From Thermoplasmata archaeon (GTDB taxonomy: Archaea > Thermoplasmatota > Thermoplasmata > Thermoplasmatales > GCA-001856825): a stretch of DNA of 64,000 nucleotides. Shown here piece after piece: positions 29,243 to 39,138 of this stretch. Numbering within the stretch: the stretch's first letter is position 1; every line of letters begins with the position of its first letter. Where the stretch lies: contig JAKAUZ010000013.1 in assembly GCA_021817415.1 (NCBI GenBank), forward strand, positions 4,376 to 68,375, read 5' to 3'. Below the pieces are notes generated by a model, which saw only the letters and a list, made by a program, of their open reading frames with translations, was not told where the DNA came from and did not search any database. The position numbers and the translations under genes were made by a program.

Positions 29243-30399
29243 TTCAACATTTCCAATATACCTTTGAACGCAATTTTTTGGTTTCCATACTCCTTCAGAG
29301 GAAGATAGAATGAGGCCTTCCCACTGTTCGTGGCACTCTTTTGATATCTGTTGCTTAGGGGAGAAACAACCATGCACGTATCTACGAATACCTTCCCGCC
29401 AAAGTCCTCTATCACCTTTACGGCGCCAGCAGCTCTCTCCTTAACCTTTCTGTTCGTAAAAAGGAATAGATCCGGGCCGATCTTCTTCTTTCCGTGTACA
29501 AGAGATGCTATATAGTTGAGCTCTTCCACGGATAAGTGGGGACAACCGATTGAAATGAGCTCAGGAGTTTCGTCCCCAGCATATTTATTCATTGTCTCCT
29601 TGATTTGATCCTCTTCAACGTCAAGTACTGAGGCATCATCAGCAACCAGATGAGCCTCGGGGGTAACGCCTTCCACGTGAAACATTGGAGATGACGATGC
29701 TGCACCCATAGCGGCGGCCAAAGCTTTAATTTCAAAATCTTTCGCACCTTTCTGTCCTTTAATGAGTGGTATCTGACCTTTTCCGTTGTAACCTATGTAA
29801 AGACCCAACGCTCCGAGCTCTGAATATTCGAGTTTTCTATTAGTTTTGATTATGAGTTTTGCCTTTCTATTATTTTCCATGTGCATCCCATGATCAGGAG
29901 TTTTCCCGATGATTGCTGCAGCAAGTGCAGATGGTCCACTCTCTCTGTTTGTCCGAGCGCCAATGATAGAATTCACGTAAGTAATTGCAGAACTCTCTGC
30001 CCACGAAAGATGATCTCCAAAAGATGGTTCGTTATAGAAATAGTAGGGTGTGCAGGTAAAACTCTCCATTACTCCCATGTCCATATAAGCCCTGATAATC
30101 TCAAGCTGTTTTTCCCTGAAATGTTCATCAATATTTACAGGGCCGTCCCCTGTCAGATCAAACCCGAGTGGATTTAGAGTGGTTGGAACCGAAACAGGAG
30201 TTGATATTTTCTTAAGGAATTTAAGTCCTCCATCTCCTATGTTTTTGTATGAAACTCCTGATACGTGTGCTGACTTAATTGGGATAAGTTTCTCAGCATT
30301 TCCAAGCTCTCCGAGTGAGTACAATAAACGTATTGCTATTTTTTTTGCTTCTCCAGATTCCCCATCGAAAATCTTCTCTTCATCTGGTGTGAGAAACAT
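29227..30399 (-). CDS. Aconitase X catalytic large subunit (DUF521; phosphomevalonate dehydratase / hydroxyproline dehydratase family)
   Basis: Family-typical N-terminus (LTPDEEKIFDGESGEAKKIAIRLL...SAHVSG) and pairing with the DUF126 gene. Confidence 0.75.
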   Translation of the reverse strand: MFLTPDEEKIFDGESGEAKKIAIRLLYSLGELGNAEKLIPIKSAHVSGVSYKNIGDGGLKFLKKISTPVSVPTTLNPLGFDLTGDGPVNIDEHFREKQLEIIRAYMDMGVMESFTCTPYYFYNEPSFGDHLSWAESSAITYVNSIIGARTNRESGPSALAAAIIGKTPDHGMHMENNRKAKLIIKTNRKLEYSELGALGLYIGYNGKGQIPLIKGQKGAKDFEIKALAAAMGAASSSPMFHVEGVTPEAHLVADDASVLDVEEDQIKETMNKYAGDETPELISIGCPHLSVEELNYIASLVHGKKKIGPDLFLFTNRKVKERAAGAVKVIEDFGGKVFVDTCMVVSPLSNRYQKSATNSGKASFYLPLKEYGNQKIAFKGILEMLKWVIA

Positions 30400-31046
30400 T
30401 ATTTGGATCTTCCTGAGTAAAACTCATTAATTTTTTGTAAAGGATCCTGTGACAACATTATGCTTCGCCCGATTATGACGTAATCAGCTCCATTCTTTAT
30501 TGCCTCGTCGTAACTTCCTCCCTGTGTTCCCACCCCTGGGGACAATATACTCAAGCCTGAAATGTTCTTTAGAACTTTAATCCTCTCAGGTCTGGTTGCA
30601 GGTGCGACTAATCCATCAGCCCTCAGCTCACTTGCCATAATTGCTATCTTTTCGGATTGTGGGGAAATGTAGTCCAGACTTCCAGGATGGCTCATCTCTG
30701 CTACTACGAACAATTCCTTTACAACACCTCGGACTGCCTTGATGCTGTCTCTTCCGATGAATCCCTGAACTATTACCCCTGTTGCACCGTGGGAGGTAAT
30801 CATTTTCGCTATTTCTCTGGAAACATCAGGTATATCTGCAATTTTTATGTCTACGATGATTTTTCCCATCTCAGAAAATGAATCAAGAACAGAAAGGCCA
30901 TGATTCAGCAACATCGGATATCCGATCTTAAATGCATATACCTGTTCCCCGACTAATCGGGCAATACTCATACATTTGTCTTTATCATCAGTATCAAGCG
31001 CCAGAATTATATTTCTGTCCACGGTGAGGTAATTCCGTACAAACAT
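30399..31046 (-). CDS. pyrF: Orotidine 5'-phosphate decarboxylase
   Basis: ILALD, DIKIADIP and SPGVGTQGG motifs. The likely start is ATG at 31046. The stop overlaps the AcnX large-subunit start by 1 nt. Confidence 0.85.
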   Translation of the reverse strand: MFVRNYLTVDRNIILALDTDDKDKCMSIARLVGEQVYAFKIGYPMLLNHGLSVLDSFSEMGKIIVDIKIADIPDVSREIAKMITSHGATGVIVQGFIGRDSIKAVRGVVKELFVVAEMSHPGSLDYISPQSEKIAIMASELRADGLVAPATRPERIKVLKNISGLSILSPGVGTQGGSYDEAIKNGADYVIIGRSIMLSQDPLQKINEFYSGRSK

Positions 31047-31101
31047 AAAATCTTGTTCACGGCCCAGCAAGGATCATAGCAGCTTATACCATTGGTATCC
31101 T

Positions 31102-31902
31102 TCATTCTTTCCGATAGAATCTTCTTGCAACGAGGGCACCAGCGAAATACAGGATGATTATTATGGTTGCAATTGTGGTTTCCATAATACCACCAGTAGC
31201 TCCTGGGGAAATCAGAAGTGCTGCAAAAAAAGCACCAATGATCGCATATCTCCATTGCCTGAACCAGAAATCAGGTTTCACTATCCTGAGATAGGATAAG
31301 GTGACAATAATGACCGGTGTTTCAAATATTACACCCATGCCCACAGAGATCAGGAGGATGATAGATACGAAGTCCTTTATCCCCATAGTCGGTTCCACCT
31401 TGAGATTAAGGGCGAATTCATATATTACGTGCAAGAGAAGGGGAATAATCAAAATGTACGCAAATAAAACACCTGCTATGAATAGGACTGCTATAGGTAA
31501 CAAAGAGAACCTTACGGCTCGTCTCTCCTTGAGATACATTCCCGGAGTTGCGAATTTGAATACCTGATAAACCATTACTGGCATGGTCAAAGAAATAGAC
31601 AGTGATAGGGCGACATAGACATCACTTACCACAATGTCAAACGGTGCTACGTTAATCAGTATCATTCCCTTTGGCACCAGGGTACTTTCAATAAATCTCA
31701 ACAAGAGCACTGAAAAACTGTTGAAAAAATTTGGAAGAGGTAGGTACCCATCATAACCTAGCCAGTTTACTCTGGTGGGTCCAATCAGGAACGTCCCGAA
31801 GAAGATTATTAAGAAAAATATTATTGTAATCTTTAACCTTCCAAGTAACTCGTCAAGGTTTTTGAAGAAGTTTCCGATCGGTTCCGATTCCAGTACTGAC
31901 AA
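31102..31902 (-). CDS. tatC: Twin-arginine translocase subunit TatC
   Basis: 6-TM profile with a TatC-like N-terminus (NLDELLGRLKI). TTG start. Confidence 0.85.
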   Translation of the reverse strand: MSVLESEPIGNFFKNLDELLGRLKITIIFFLIIFFGTFLIGPTRVNWLGYDGYLPLPNFFNSFSVLLLRFIESTLVPKGMILINVAPFDIVVSDVYVALSLSISLTMPVMVYQVFKFATPGMYLKERRAVRFSLLPIAVLFIAGVLFAYILIIPLLLHVIYEFALNLKVEPTMGIKDFVSIILLISVGMGVIFETPVIIVTLSYLRIVKPDFWFRQWRYAIIGAFFAALLISPGATGGIMETTIATIIIILYFAGALVARRFYRKE

Positions 31903-32044
31903 TTTAGTTCACCCTTTGACATTATTCTCTGTATCTCGTCCTGACAGTCTCTCTGGGAATTACAATTCCCTAAAATGGAACCATAAAATAACTTCTTCCC
32001 TTGCTGTTAAAATTTCCTTCTCTGTAAATTTGAAAACGATAGGG

Positions 32045-32242
32045 TTAGTTCGTTTTCTTTTCTTCTTTAGTTTCCTTTTCTCCTATTCCCTTAAGTTCTT
32101 TCTCAATCTCAAGTTGACCGCGCTTGAATTCTCCCATTGCCCTTCCCATTGATCTTGCTATTTCCGGTATCTTCTTTGACCCTCCAAGTACCAGAAGCAC
32201 GACTAAAATCAGGATCAACCAATCAGTTGGACTCCCTAGCAT
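32045..32242 (-). CDS. tatA: Twin-arginine translocase subunit TatA/E
   Basis: MLGSPTDWLILILVVLLVLGGSKKIPEIARSMG: a TM helix followed by an amphipathic helix. ATG at 32242. Confidence 0.85.
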   Translation of the reverse strand: MLGSPTDWLILILVVLLVLGGSKKIPEIARSMGRAMGEFKRGQLEIEKELKGIGEKETKEEKKTN

Positions 32243-32516
32243 AGCCTTGCTATTCAAACTCAATATATTAATTTGCTGGTAACTTAATATATATGCGCCG
32301 AATAAAATAAGATTCACAATAATTAAATAATTTTAAATGATTTTCCAGCCCGTTTCAAGGATATAGATACATTTTAACAGTTAGACTGAACATGCAATAA
32401 AATTAATCAGTATCGATAACGCTCATAAGAGTTAAGCTAGTACTGTAGGCCAGCTGAAAATTAGCTGAGAAAGTACAAATTACATCTGTGCCAAAGAGCG
32501 GTACAACGGAACCCTC

Positions 32517-33395
32517 GTGTGGAATTACTTTATAGTTGATAATCATAAAAGACGAATGATTCAGTACATTATTGCTTTAGCCGTTGCAACAACAATGACT
32601 CTTACGCTTTCAGTAATATTCTACGTGTACCATAAAAAATATGAAAAAATCACATTCAGGTTATTTGCGATTGTTGTCTTAATATTGACAATGATGGGCT
32701 CCATGCTCAATGCCTTCACCTATTACATCGATTCGATCAAGACTTTCCTCAGCACAGTGGTTGCCTTCAACATTTCAATGGAAATAATGATTATTGCGGT
32801 AGTCGCCCTTGGCTATCTGGGTGCTCAAGGAAAGTTCAAACATAGTAAGACTTCGGATCTGGCCATAGACTTTTTGATGGTTTGGAATGAAGGCTCCATG
32901 GGGATATTCCTTTTTTCGCTCCTCTTACCAGGGAGGCAACATCATATTTCTTACATCATTTCAATGGTTTCTGGAGGACTTAGTCTCTATTTTTTCATTT
33001 TTCCAATGCTGGTCGAGATGTTATATTTAATTCTATTAACTACTGAAAGTGTAGTCAGGACAAAAATGGTGGTGTTGTTAATAGCATCCCTTTCGCCACC
33101 CACACTACTTGGGGATTCAACTTTCTTACCATTTTTGTTGCTAGCCTTTCTGATTCTAATGTCTGTTTCAACCGCATTTTTACTATGGCAGGGTTTCATC
33201 AAGATGACAGGGGGGAAGGTATTTTTCAAGACATTTTTCTGGGTAATTCTCATTTTGGTACTAATGATTGCAGGAGCCATCTTTGGGCTGGTGTCTCCAC
33301 TCACTTTTTATGCTTCCTGGCTTCCATTTGCATTCATTACTTTAGGCTCTATGACCTATTATTTTTATCTTGCTCTCAACGGTCCTCAGTCTTGA
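32517..33395 (+). CDS. Uncharacterised polytopic membrane protein sharing E/M-rich TM motifs with the 641-aa protein
   Basis: About 8 TM helices. VWNEGSMGIFLFSLL resembles VIAEGAMGALIYSLL in ORF 33397..35322. The start is GTG at 32517 or ATG at 32556. Confidence 0.5.
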   Translation: MWNYFIVDNHKRRMIQYIIALAVATTMTLTLSVIFYVYHKKYEKITFRLFAIVVLILTMMGSMLNAFTYYIDSIKTFLSTVVAFNISMEIMIIAVVALGYLGAQGKFKHSKTSDLAIDFLMVWNEGSMGIFLFSLLLPGRQHHISYIISMVSGGLSLYFFIFPMLVEMLYLILLTTESVVRTKMVVLLIASLSPPTLLGDSTFLPFLLLAFLILMSVSTAFLLWQGFIKMTGGKVFFKTFFWVILILVLMIAGAIFGLVSPLTFYASWLPFAFITLGSMTYYFYLALNGPQS

Positions 33396-33396
33396 T

Positions 33397-35322
33397 TTAT
33401 TTTCCCAGAATTCTCTCTTTTATCACATTCCTCACATCATAGAAGAAAATATTATCATAAGGACAAGCCTCCACACAATCGCCAACTCCGACGCATTTGA
33501 ATGATTTGAATTCCCCTTTATCAATAAAGGATCCCCTCATGTCTGTAATTCCAACAGGGCAGGCAAGCGCACAGTCCACTGTTTTGCAATTCACACAGGC
33601 ATTTGCATCCCTGACCTTAAGCTTGAAAAATCCGAATCTGCCAACCAATTGATTGAACGTCCCCCAATAGCACCATCCCTGATTGACACAAGCATAGGTA
33701 CCCATCAGCGGCGACATTACAAACCCGACATACCATACCAGATTGAACATCAGGGTATAAGCTAGATATGACGGGTCATTCCCATAAACGTACCAAGCAA
33801 AAATGCTTCTAGAGTCAAAATAAGAAATGATTGCAGCTAACAATATGACGAGGTTAACAGTCAGTATTATTCCCTTTACCCAGTTGCTTATCCTCGAAGT
33901 CAGAGTCTTCCTCCCCGTCTTAGTACTCCTATTATATACTTTGAGCGAGTCATAGAATGTCCCTTGATACATCATTGGAGCAGTACAAGTCACGGAGCAC
34001 AGTTGCCTTGCGCCAAAAAGAAATGACAATGCAGCTGAAACAACATAGGTACCAGCTATCGCTACTATGACGCCATTCGTAACCGCTCCGTTTGTCCCTA
34101 TACCCATAGACCACAAGTAGGGTATATATCTGACACTACCAGAAAGAGAGGAAAAGGAGGGAATATAAATAGAATACACTGCGTAGGCTGAAATCATCAA
34201 TCCTAATCTCACTTTATTTTCTCTGATCCTCGAAACCATAATTTTCCTGAAGGCCAAGAAACCCATTTCAAGTCCCATCATTATCAGGAACCATACGCTA
34301 GCAGTCACTGTCACGATGATAGAAATCACGTCGAATATAAATGGCAAAATACCTGAAGGAGTCACCCAACCCAGCGATAGGTTTGTTATCAATCCACCGA
34401 AGGAATGAGGGAACTGACCTTGGTTGAATTCAAGAACTGCTCCCATGAACCATTCCATAACAAAAGTCAATAATACAAGGAGGAATGCAATGTTCCTGCT
34501 TGAGAGGTAACTGATCCTTTTGGGGGGATCAACGAATACTCGGAAGAGAAACCAGATCATTGCCAAGACCATTACCACATCAAAAAATAGCCAGGAACCA
34601 GAAACGAAGAAATAAAATTGACTGGCCATCATAATGGCAAATAGACATATCATTTCCATTGAAATATAGACTTCCGGACCCTTTCTCATCCTGAACCTGT
34701 AAAGGGTATCAAAAATTAGTACAGTACCGACGATCATAACTATTGAAGAAAGCCAAATTATTGGGTAGTCTGATACATAAAGAGATGGAAAAAGGGGCAT
34801 TAACAAAAGGAAAACAAGTAGGTACAGCCGCTTGTAAGAAGCCATTTTTTTGTAGGAGATGACGATGGAAAAGATCATCTCTGCTTCCATAACAAAGACA
34901 AACCAGGGGGAATCTATTGCATTATTGAATGAACTTGGTAAACCATGCAAGAGAGAATAAATCAGTGCCCCCATTGCCCCTTCAGCTATCACCAGCGACA
35001 GGGAAAATGCTCCAGCTGAAATTACAGAAGTACCAATCTTCTTGACGAAAAGTGAAAAACCCCCGATCATGAATAACGCAGAAACGATTAGTAGAAGCAC
35101 CTTGTTTCCAGTTACAATATATGAATATATTGACAGGTTCATTCCAATCATTTCCACCGCCAAGAATAGTGAAAAGTTCTTCCCATAAGGAAGAGAGTCC
35201 CTCTTGAAGAGCATAATAGAAAATACCATCACAATGAGCATTATCGAAGCTATAAGTACGGAAATAATTATTGGGGGGAAGAATGATTGCAAAATCATTT
35301 CAGGAGGGCAATTGAACATCAA
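33397..35322 (-). CDS. Polytopic membrane protein with a C-terminal NapH/CcoG-like 2x[4Fe-4S] ferredoxin domain
   Basis: About 12 N-terminal TM helices. Then CSVTCTAP and CVNQGWCYWG membrane Cys motifs. Then CVNCKTVDCALACP and CVGVGDCVEACP cluster motifs. Confidence 0.65.
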   Translation of the reverse strand: MMFNCPPEMILQSFFPPIIISVLIASIMLIVMVFSIMLFKRDSLPYGKNFSLFLAVEMIGMNLSIYSYIVTGNKVLLLIVSALFMIGGFSLFVKKIGTSVISAGAFSLSLVIAEGAMGALIYSLLHGLPSSFNNAIDSPWFVFVMEAEMIFSIVISYKKMASYKRLYLLVFLLLMPLFPSLYVSDYPIIWLSSIVMIVGTVLIFDTLYRFRMRKGPEVYISMEMICLFAIMMASQFYFFVSGSWLFFDVVMVLAMIWFLFRVFVDPPKRISYLSSRNIAFLLVLLTFVMEWFMGAVLEFNQGQFPHSFGGLITNLSLGWVTPSGILPFIFDVISIIVTVTASVWFLIMMGLEMGFLAFRKIMVSRIRENKVRLGLMISAYAVYSIYIPSFSSLSGSVRYIPYLWSMGIGTNGAVTNGVIVAIAGTYVVSAALSFLFGARQLCSVTCTAPMMYQGTFYDSLKVYNRSTKTGRKTLTSRISNWVKGIILTVNLVILLAAIISYFDSRSIFAWYVYGNDPSYLAYTLMFNLVWYVGFVMSPLMGTYACVNQGWCYWGTFNQLVGRFGFFKLKVRDANACVNCKTVDCALACPVGITDMRGSFIDKGEFKSFKCVGVGDCVEACPYDNIFFYDVRNVIKERILGK

Positions 35323-35350
35323 TAGTTATTCTTTGTGTTTAAATTTGAAA

Positions 35351-36829
35351 CTACATCTGTAAGGTAATTGAACTAGGAATCGACGGATAGGGGGAGAGAC
35401 TTTTTTGGGTGGAGAGCCACATTACCGGAAGCATGATTATCCACAGAAAAACCGCTAATTCTGTTTGCTGTCCTAGGGACCAGAATGGCCATATCTTAGA
35501 CTGAAGTGAAAATGTATAGTAATATATGAAAATCGGGACAATTCCAAGTAAAACAGCGTAAACTTCGATGATCCCTAATCCCACTCTTTTACCAGACATA
35601 AAAAATGAAGCCCCTATTAAGAATCCAGACAATGTCATCGTGTATGACATTATTGAAAATACAACTGCGTTCTCAATCGCTAACCGAGTTATAGGTGGGT
35701 CGAACCAAATGATGGCAAGAAAAGAAGAAATAAAGAGCAAAAATATGCCAAAATACGGTTTCATAAAGCGTCTCTTTAAGGTTGAAGAAATAAGGTAAAA
35801 TAAGATGAATCCGTCTAGAATCATAAACATCCCTGTTCCAAAGAGAAAGAAAGGTGAAGTTTCCAAATCATACAGAATGCCTAGTAAAACCAGCAACTGG
35901 GAAAATGTTATGGTGAGGGCCATTACTAAAGTCATACCAATTTTTGCTGGGCCTAAAGTCGCTAAAAACCTGGGGGTTCTTTTCCTCTCGTAATATCTTG
36001 ACACAAAAAAGTAAGTCATGATAAGCAAAAAAACGCTCAAGAAAATAAAGGGGATGAGCAGGATATTAAGTAAGAGAATTGTAACAGCAGGAAGAAGAGC
36101 AATTGAACTTTCGCATTGGCAGCTCAGAGCAGCCACAATTCCGTACCCAGCTGCCATAACACCGCTTTCTTTTCCATTCACTGCAGAATCTTCATTTCTT
36201 CTCTTTGCAATCAGACTGAATATCCTGTGGTAGTTTTCAACTAACAATGATGAAAGGCTCATAGTTAGAAAGAATTGAAGAGGACTAATTATGACGTCAG
36301 CATATGGGGTACTCACAAAAATGCCATATATCTCAGTAATTGGCAATGAAAAGCCTATAGTTGAAATCCTGTCCGAAAGGTTTTGAATGATTATCGAGGA
36401 AGCAGTCTGTTGATTTACAAATACGAAAACCTTAGAAATGATAAGAACGAGGAAAATTACAGTATACAAAGAGACTCCCTTTGAAAGCTTGTCGTTATTC
36501 CCAAGCTGGGAAGCATAGATGACCATCCCCGCAAGGGCAGGAATCAGAAGAAGGAAAGAAAGTAAACTCCTGGATATGACAATTAACCCAGCAAGATAAA
36601 ATGAAATCGTAACTAGAATGTAAAATGAGAGATTTTCCCACTTAGAAAGAAGTGATGACAACACCAACAAGTTAAGGACTATTGAATATGAAATTAGCTG
36701 CAAAACTGAATCTGAAGTTACCAAAAGGTATTTCGAATAGTAGCCAGTGATGATAAAAGTATTGATAAAGAATAAAGAAATAAGCAATAAAATTGAATAA
36801 GGCGTCCCTTTCTCATTCTTTGAATGCAT
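35351..36829 (-). CDS. Uncharacterised polytopic membrane protein (492 aa) in the Rieske/cytochrome b operon
   Basis: At least 12 TM helices and an intramembrane CQCE motif. Its start overlaps the cytochrome b stop by 17 nt. Confidence 0.55.
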   Translation of the reverse strand: MHSKNEKGTPYSILLLISLFFINTFIITGYYSKYLLVTSDSVLQLISYSIVLNLLVLSSLLSKWENLSFYILVTISFYLAGLIVISRSLLSFLLLIPALAGMVIYASQLGNNDKLSKGVSLYTVIFLVLIISKVFVFVNQQTASSIIIQNLSDRISTIGFSLPITEIYGIFVSTPYADVIISPLQFFLTMSLSSLLVENYHRIFSLIAKRRNEDSAVNGKESGVMAAGYGIVAALSCQCESSIALLPAVTILLLNILLIPFIFLSVFLLIMTYFFVSRYYERKRTPRFLATLGPAKIGMTLVMALTITFSQLLVLLGILYDLETSPFFLFGTGMFMILDGFILFYLISSTLKRRFMKPYFGIFLLFISSFLAIIWFDPPITRLAIENAVVFSIMSYTMTLSGFLIGASFFMSGKRVGLGIIEVYAVLLGIVPIFIYYYTFSLQSKIWPFWSLGQQTELAVFLWIIMLPVMWLSTQKSLSPYPSIPSSITLQM

Positions 36830-38414
36830 GTGATCTGTACAACTTTACAAAGGCACCGGCCAGGGTGAACAGGAGTGCCATCCCGACCCCATAAAGTCCC
36901 TGGGAGGTAATCTGAGTTGGAGACATGACTGATATAATTGCAATTATCGCAATAGCTAGAAAAGCATATATGCTGCCAAATACAAGGTGCCCCTTGTCTG
37001 TCAGTTTCTTTGTGGGAGTTTTGAAGTTGACTCCATAAACTAATGCAAAGGTTGCAAGGCTAGTCAGACCCAATATCACAAGTAGAATTATCATGGCGGT
37101 GTAATTATAGAATGTAGGGTAAACGATTACAGAGTATACTGATATGCCGGTCAAGATAGAAATGAATCCAAGAATCGGAAGGATTGCGTAAACTTTCCAT
37201 GCATTTTCTCCCAAACTGGATTTACCGAGTTCGATCCTATTCGCAAGATAATAAATCAAAGGTATGACGACCGCCAATGGTATTATGAAAAACAACAGCC
37301 CAGTTATGTTGCTCACAGGTATCCCCGGATCAAGAGCCCCCCACGCAGACAGGCCAAACAGATATATGAGACCTACAACTCCAGTCGATACCACAATATT
37401 TCTTTTGGTAATTTTCAAGGTATCCTTTTTTTCGAAGTAGGGTACTGCAAATAGGTATGCAAGCGGAAGTCCAGTAAAGAGTACAACAGCCCAGAATGGA
37501 CCCAAACTAGTCGAGACCTGGAAATCAAGTTCTTTGTACACGAACAGTAAAAACCACGGTGGATACGGTGGCACAGATGATGCAAGGGGACTTGATGCAG
37601 CCACCTGGGGGAGTGGAGAGAATAGCGCCGGAACGTTTGGAAGTATAGTGAGAAGAGAGGGAATTATGAAAATTAGAGCAATAGTGAAGAAGGCAATCTG
37701 GACCATGTACAAAAGATTGTAGGGATACCACGCCTTATAGGATGGTTCTTCTTTGTCTATTGCCGGAACTTTGAATCCAGTTTCCTTAGCGGAGGGCATT
37801 ATTGTATTGTACTCAGCGAGGAAGAAATGAACAGCGAAAAGTATGAGAATTGATCCTGCAAGTATTATGTGCCAGCCTTCAAGTCTGCTGAAAAGGGAGA
37901 TATCACTCCCATTTCCAAGGAATATCGTTGAAAGATATGAACCTATAACAGGGAAACCGTTTGCAATCCCCCTTCCCACATCAGTTGCATCTGCAGAAAG
38001 CACATCCCCTGTCATGGAATATCCAAAATAGGAGATAGCCACTGTCAGTATCATGAGTACGATTCCTGTAAGCCATTGCACCTGTCTTGGTTTTTTGTAG
38101 GATCCAACGAACAAGTTGCGGAGTAGATGGATGTAAACAAGAGCTATCATGATGTAAGCGCCATACAGGTGAGTTGTCATGATTACTGTTCCGTAAGGAA
38201 TATGGAGCGTATTCTCAGTACTTATGTACGCATTAGAAGGCTGATAATAGAAAAACAATATGACCCCAGTCATTACCTCGTAAAAGAAAGCAATCATTAT
38301 CATTGCCCCTGTCCAGTACCAGATGCCTCCCTTCTGTCTCATGTAGTCTGGTACTTTTCTAGGAAGAGGCTGAGGCTCATTCATCAATTTTTCAATTAGA
38401 TTCTCTTTAGTCAT
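36813..38414 (-). CDS. Cytochrome b (quinol oxidising, SoxC/SoxN-like)
   Basis: Two H-x13-H heme-ligand pairs (HLYGAYIMIALVYIH and HIILAGSILILFAVH) and an extended C-terminal TM region. The start is ATG at 38414 or GTG at 38423. Confidence 0.85.
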   Translation of the reverse strand: MTKENLIEKLMNEPQPLPRKVPDYMRQKGGIWYWTGAMIMIAFFYEVMTGVILFFYYQPSNAYISTENTLHIPYGTVIMTTHLYGAYIMIALVYIHLLRNLFVGSYKKPRQVQWLTGIVLMILTVAISYFGYSMTGDVLSADATDVGRGIANGFPVIGSYLSTIFLGNGSDISLFSRLEGWHIILAGSILILFAVHFFLAEYNTIMPSAKETGFKVPAIDKEEPSYKAWYPYNLLYMVQIAFFTIALIFIIPSLLTILPNVPALFSPLPQVAASSPLASSVPPYPPWFLLFVYKELDFQVSTSLGPFWAVVLFTGLPLAYLFAVPYFEKKDTLKITKRNIVVSTGVVGLIYLFGLSAWGALDPGIPVSNITGLLFFIIPLAVVIPLIYYLANRIELGKSSLGENAWKVYAILPILGFISILTGISVYSVIVYPTFYNYTAMIILLVILGLTSLATFALVYGVNFKTPTKKLTDKGHLVFGSIYAFLAIAIIAIISVMSPTQITSQGLYGVGMALLFTLAGAFVKLYRSHAFKE

Positions 38415-38423
38415 TTTAAACAC

Positions 38424-39134
38424 CTACTGGGTCGTAGTGACCGTGGTTTTCCCCGATGGGGTAATGTTGCTTCCACCTGTCAGATCTGAAGAGTGCCCAT
38501 ATATGGTGGGTCCAACTAGCAATGTTGCACTGTAGGAATCAGATTTCTCGTCATAACTGAGGACAACACTGGGCAAGGGTGCTTGTGTAGGCCCTGTTAC
38601 GACGCCGAATCCGGAATAGGGATCATAAGTGCTCCCGTGGCAGTCACAGTGTATCTTTCCAGGGAAAGAAGAAGATGATGGAGGGTTAAAATGTATTTCC
38701 GGAGGAATACAACCCAAGTGCTGACATATTGCGGAAGCTGCAACGACTGATTTATATGGTCCGACCCCCCCAGGAACTTTGTATTTCGTGTTATTTGCAG
38801 GGATTCTCACTTCGGTTGGATTGATTTCGACGTCCTTGTTATTTGAATCACCAAGTCTGAGGAGAAAATTAGGTTCGTTTTCTAGTGGGAAATTGAACGT
38901 CACCGTTTGCGGGTTGTTGACAATAAGATCATCTGTGCTTACCGGGTTCCCGTTTGGCAAGTAAAGGGTAAGGATAGGAAATGAAGAAGCTCCACCTTCT
39001 ATTGGAGGGATGATGTTCTGGACAACGCTCCTGAGCGTCCCAGCAACTCCTGCGCCTATTATCATCACTCCTAAGAGCTTCATGAAATTTCGTCTATCTT
39101 TATCCTTAATCTCATCTCTTGTTGGCACAGACAT
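38424..39134 (-). CDS. Rieske [2Fe-2S] protein with a Tat signal
   Basis: CQHLGC and CDCHGS boxes. The twin-arginine leader is DRRNFMKLLGVMIIGAG. Confidence 0.9.
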   Translation of the reverse strand: MSVPTRDEIKDKDRRNFMKLLGVMIIGAGVAGTLRSVVQNIIPPIEGGASSFPILTLYLPNGNPVSTDDLIVNNPQTVTFNFPLENEPNFLLRLGDSNNKDVEINPTEVRIPANNTKYKVPGGVGPYKSVVAASAICQHLGCIPPEIHFNPPSSSSFPGKIHCDCHGSTYDPYSGFGVVTGPTQAPLPSVVLSYDEKSDSYSATLLVGPTIYGHSSDLTGGSNITPSGKTTVTTTQ

Positions 39135-39138
39135 CCCC

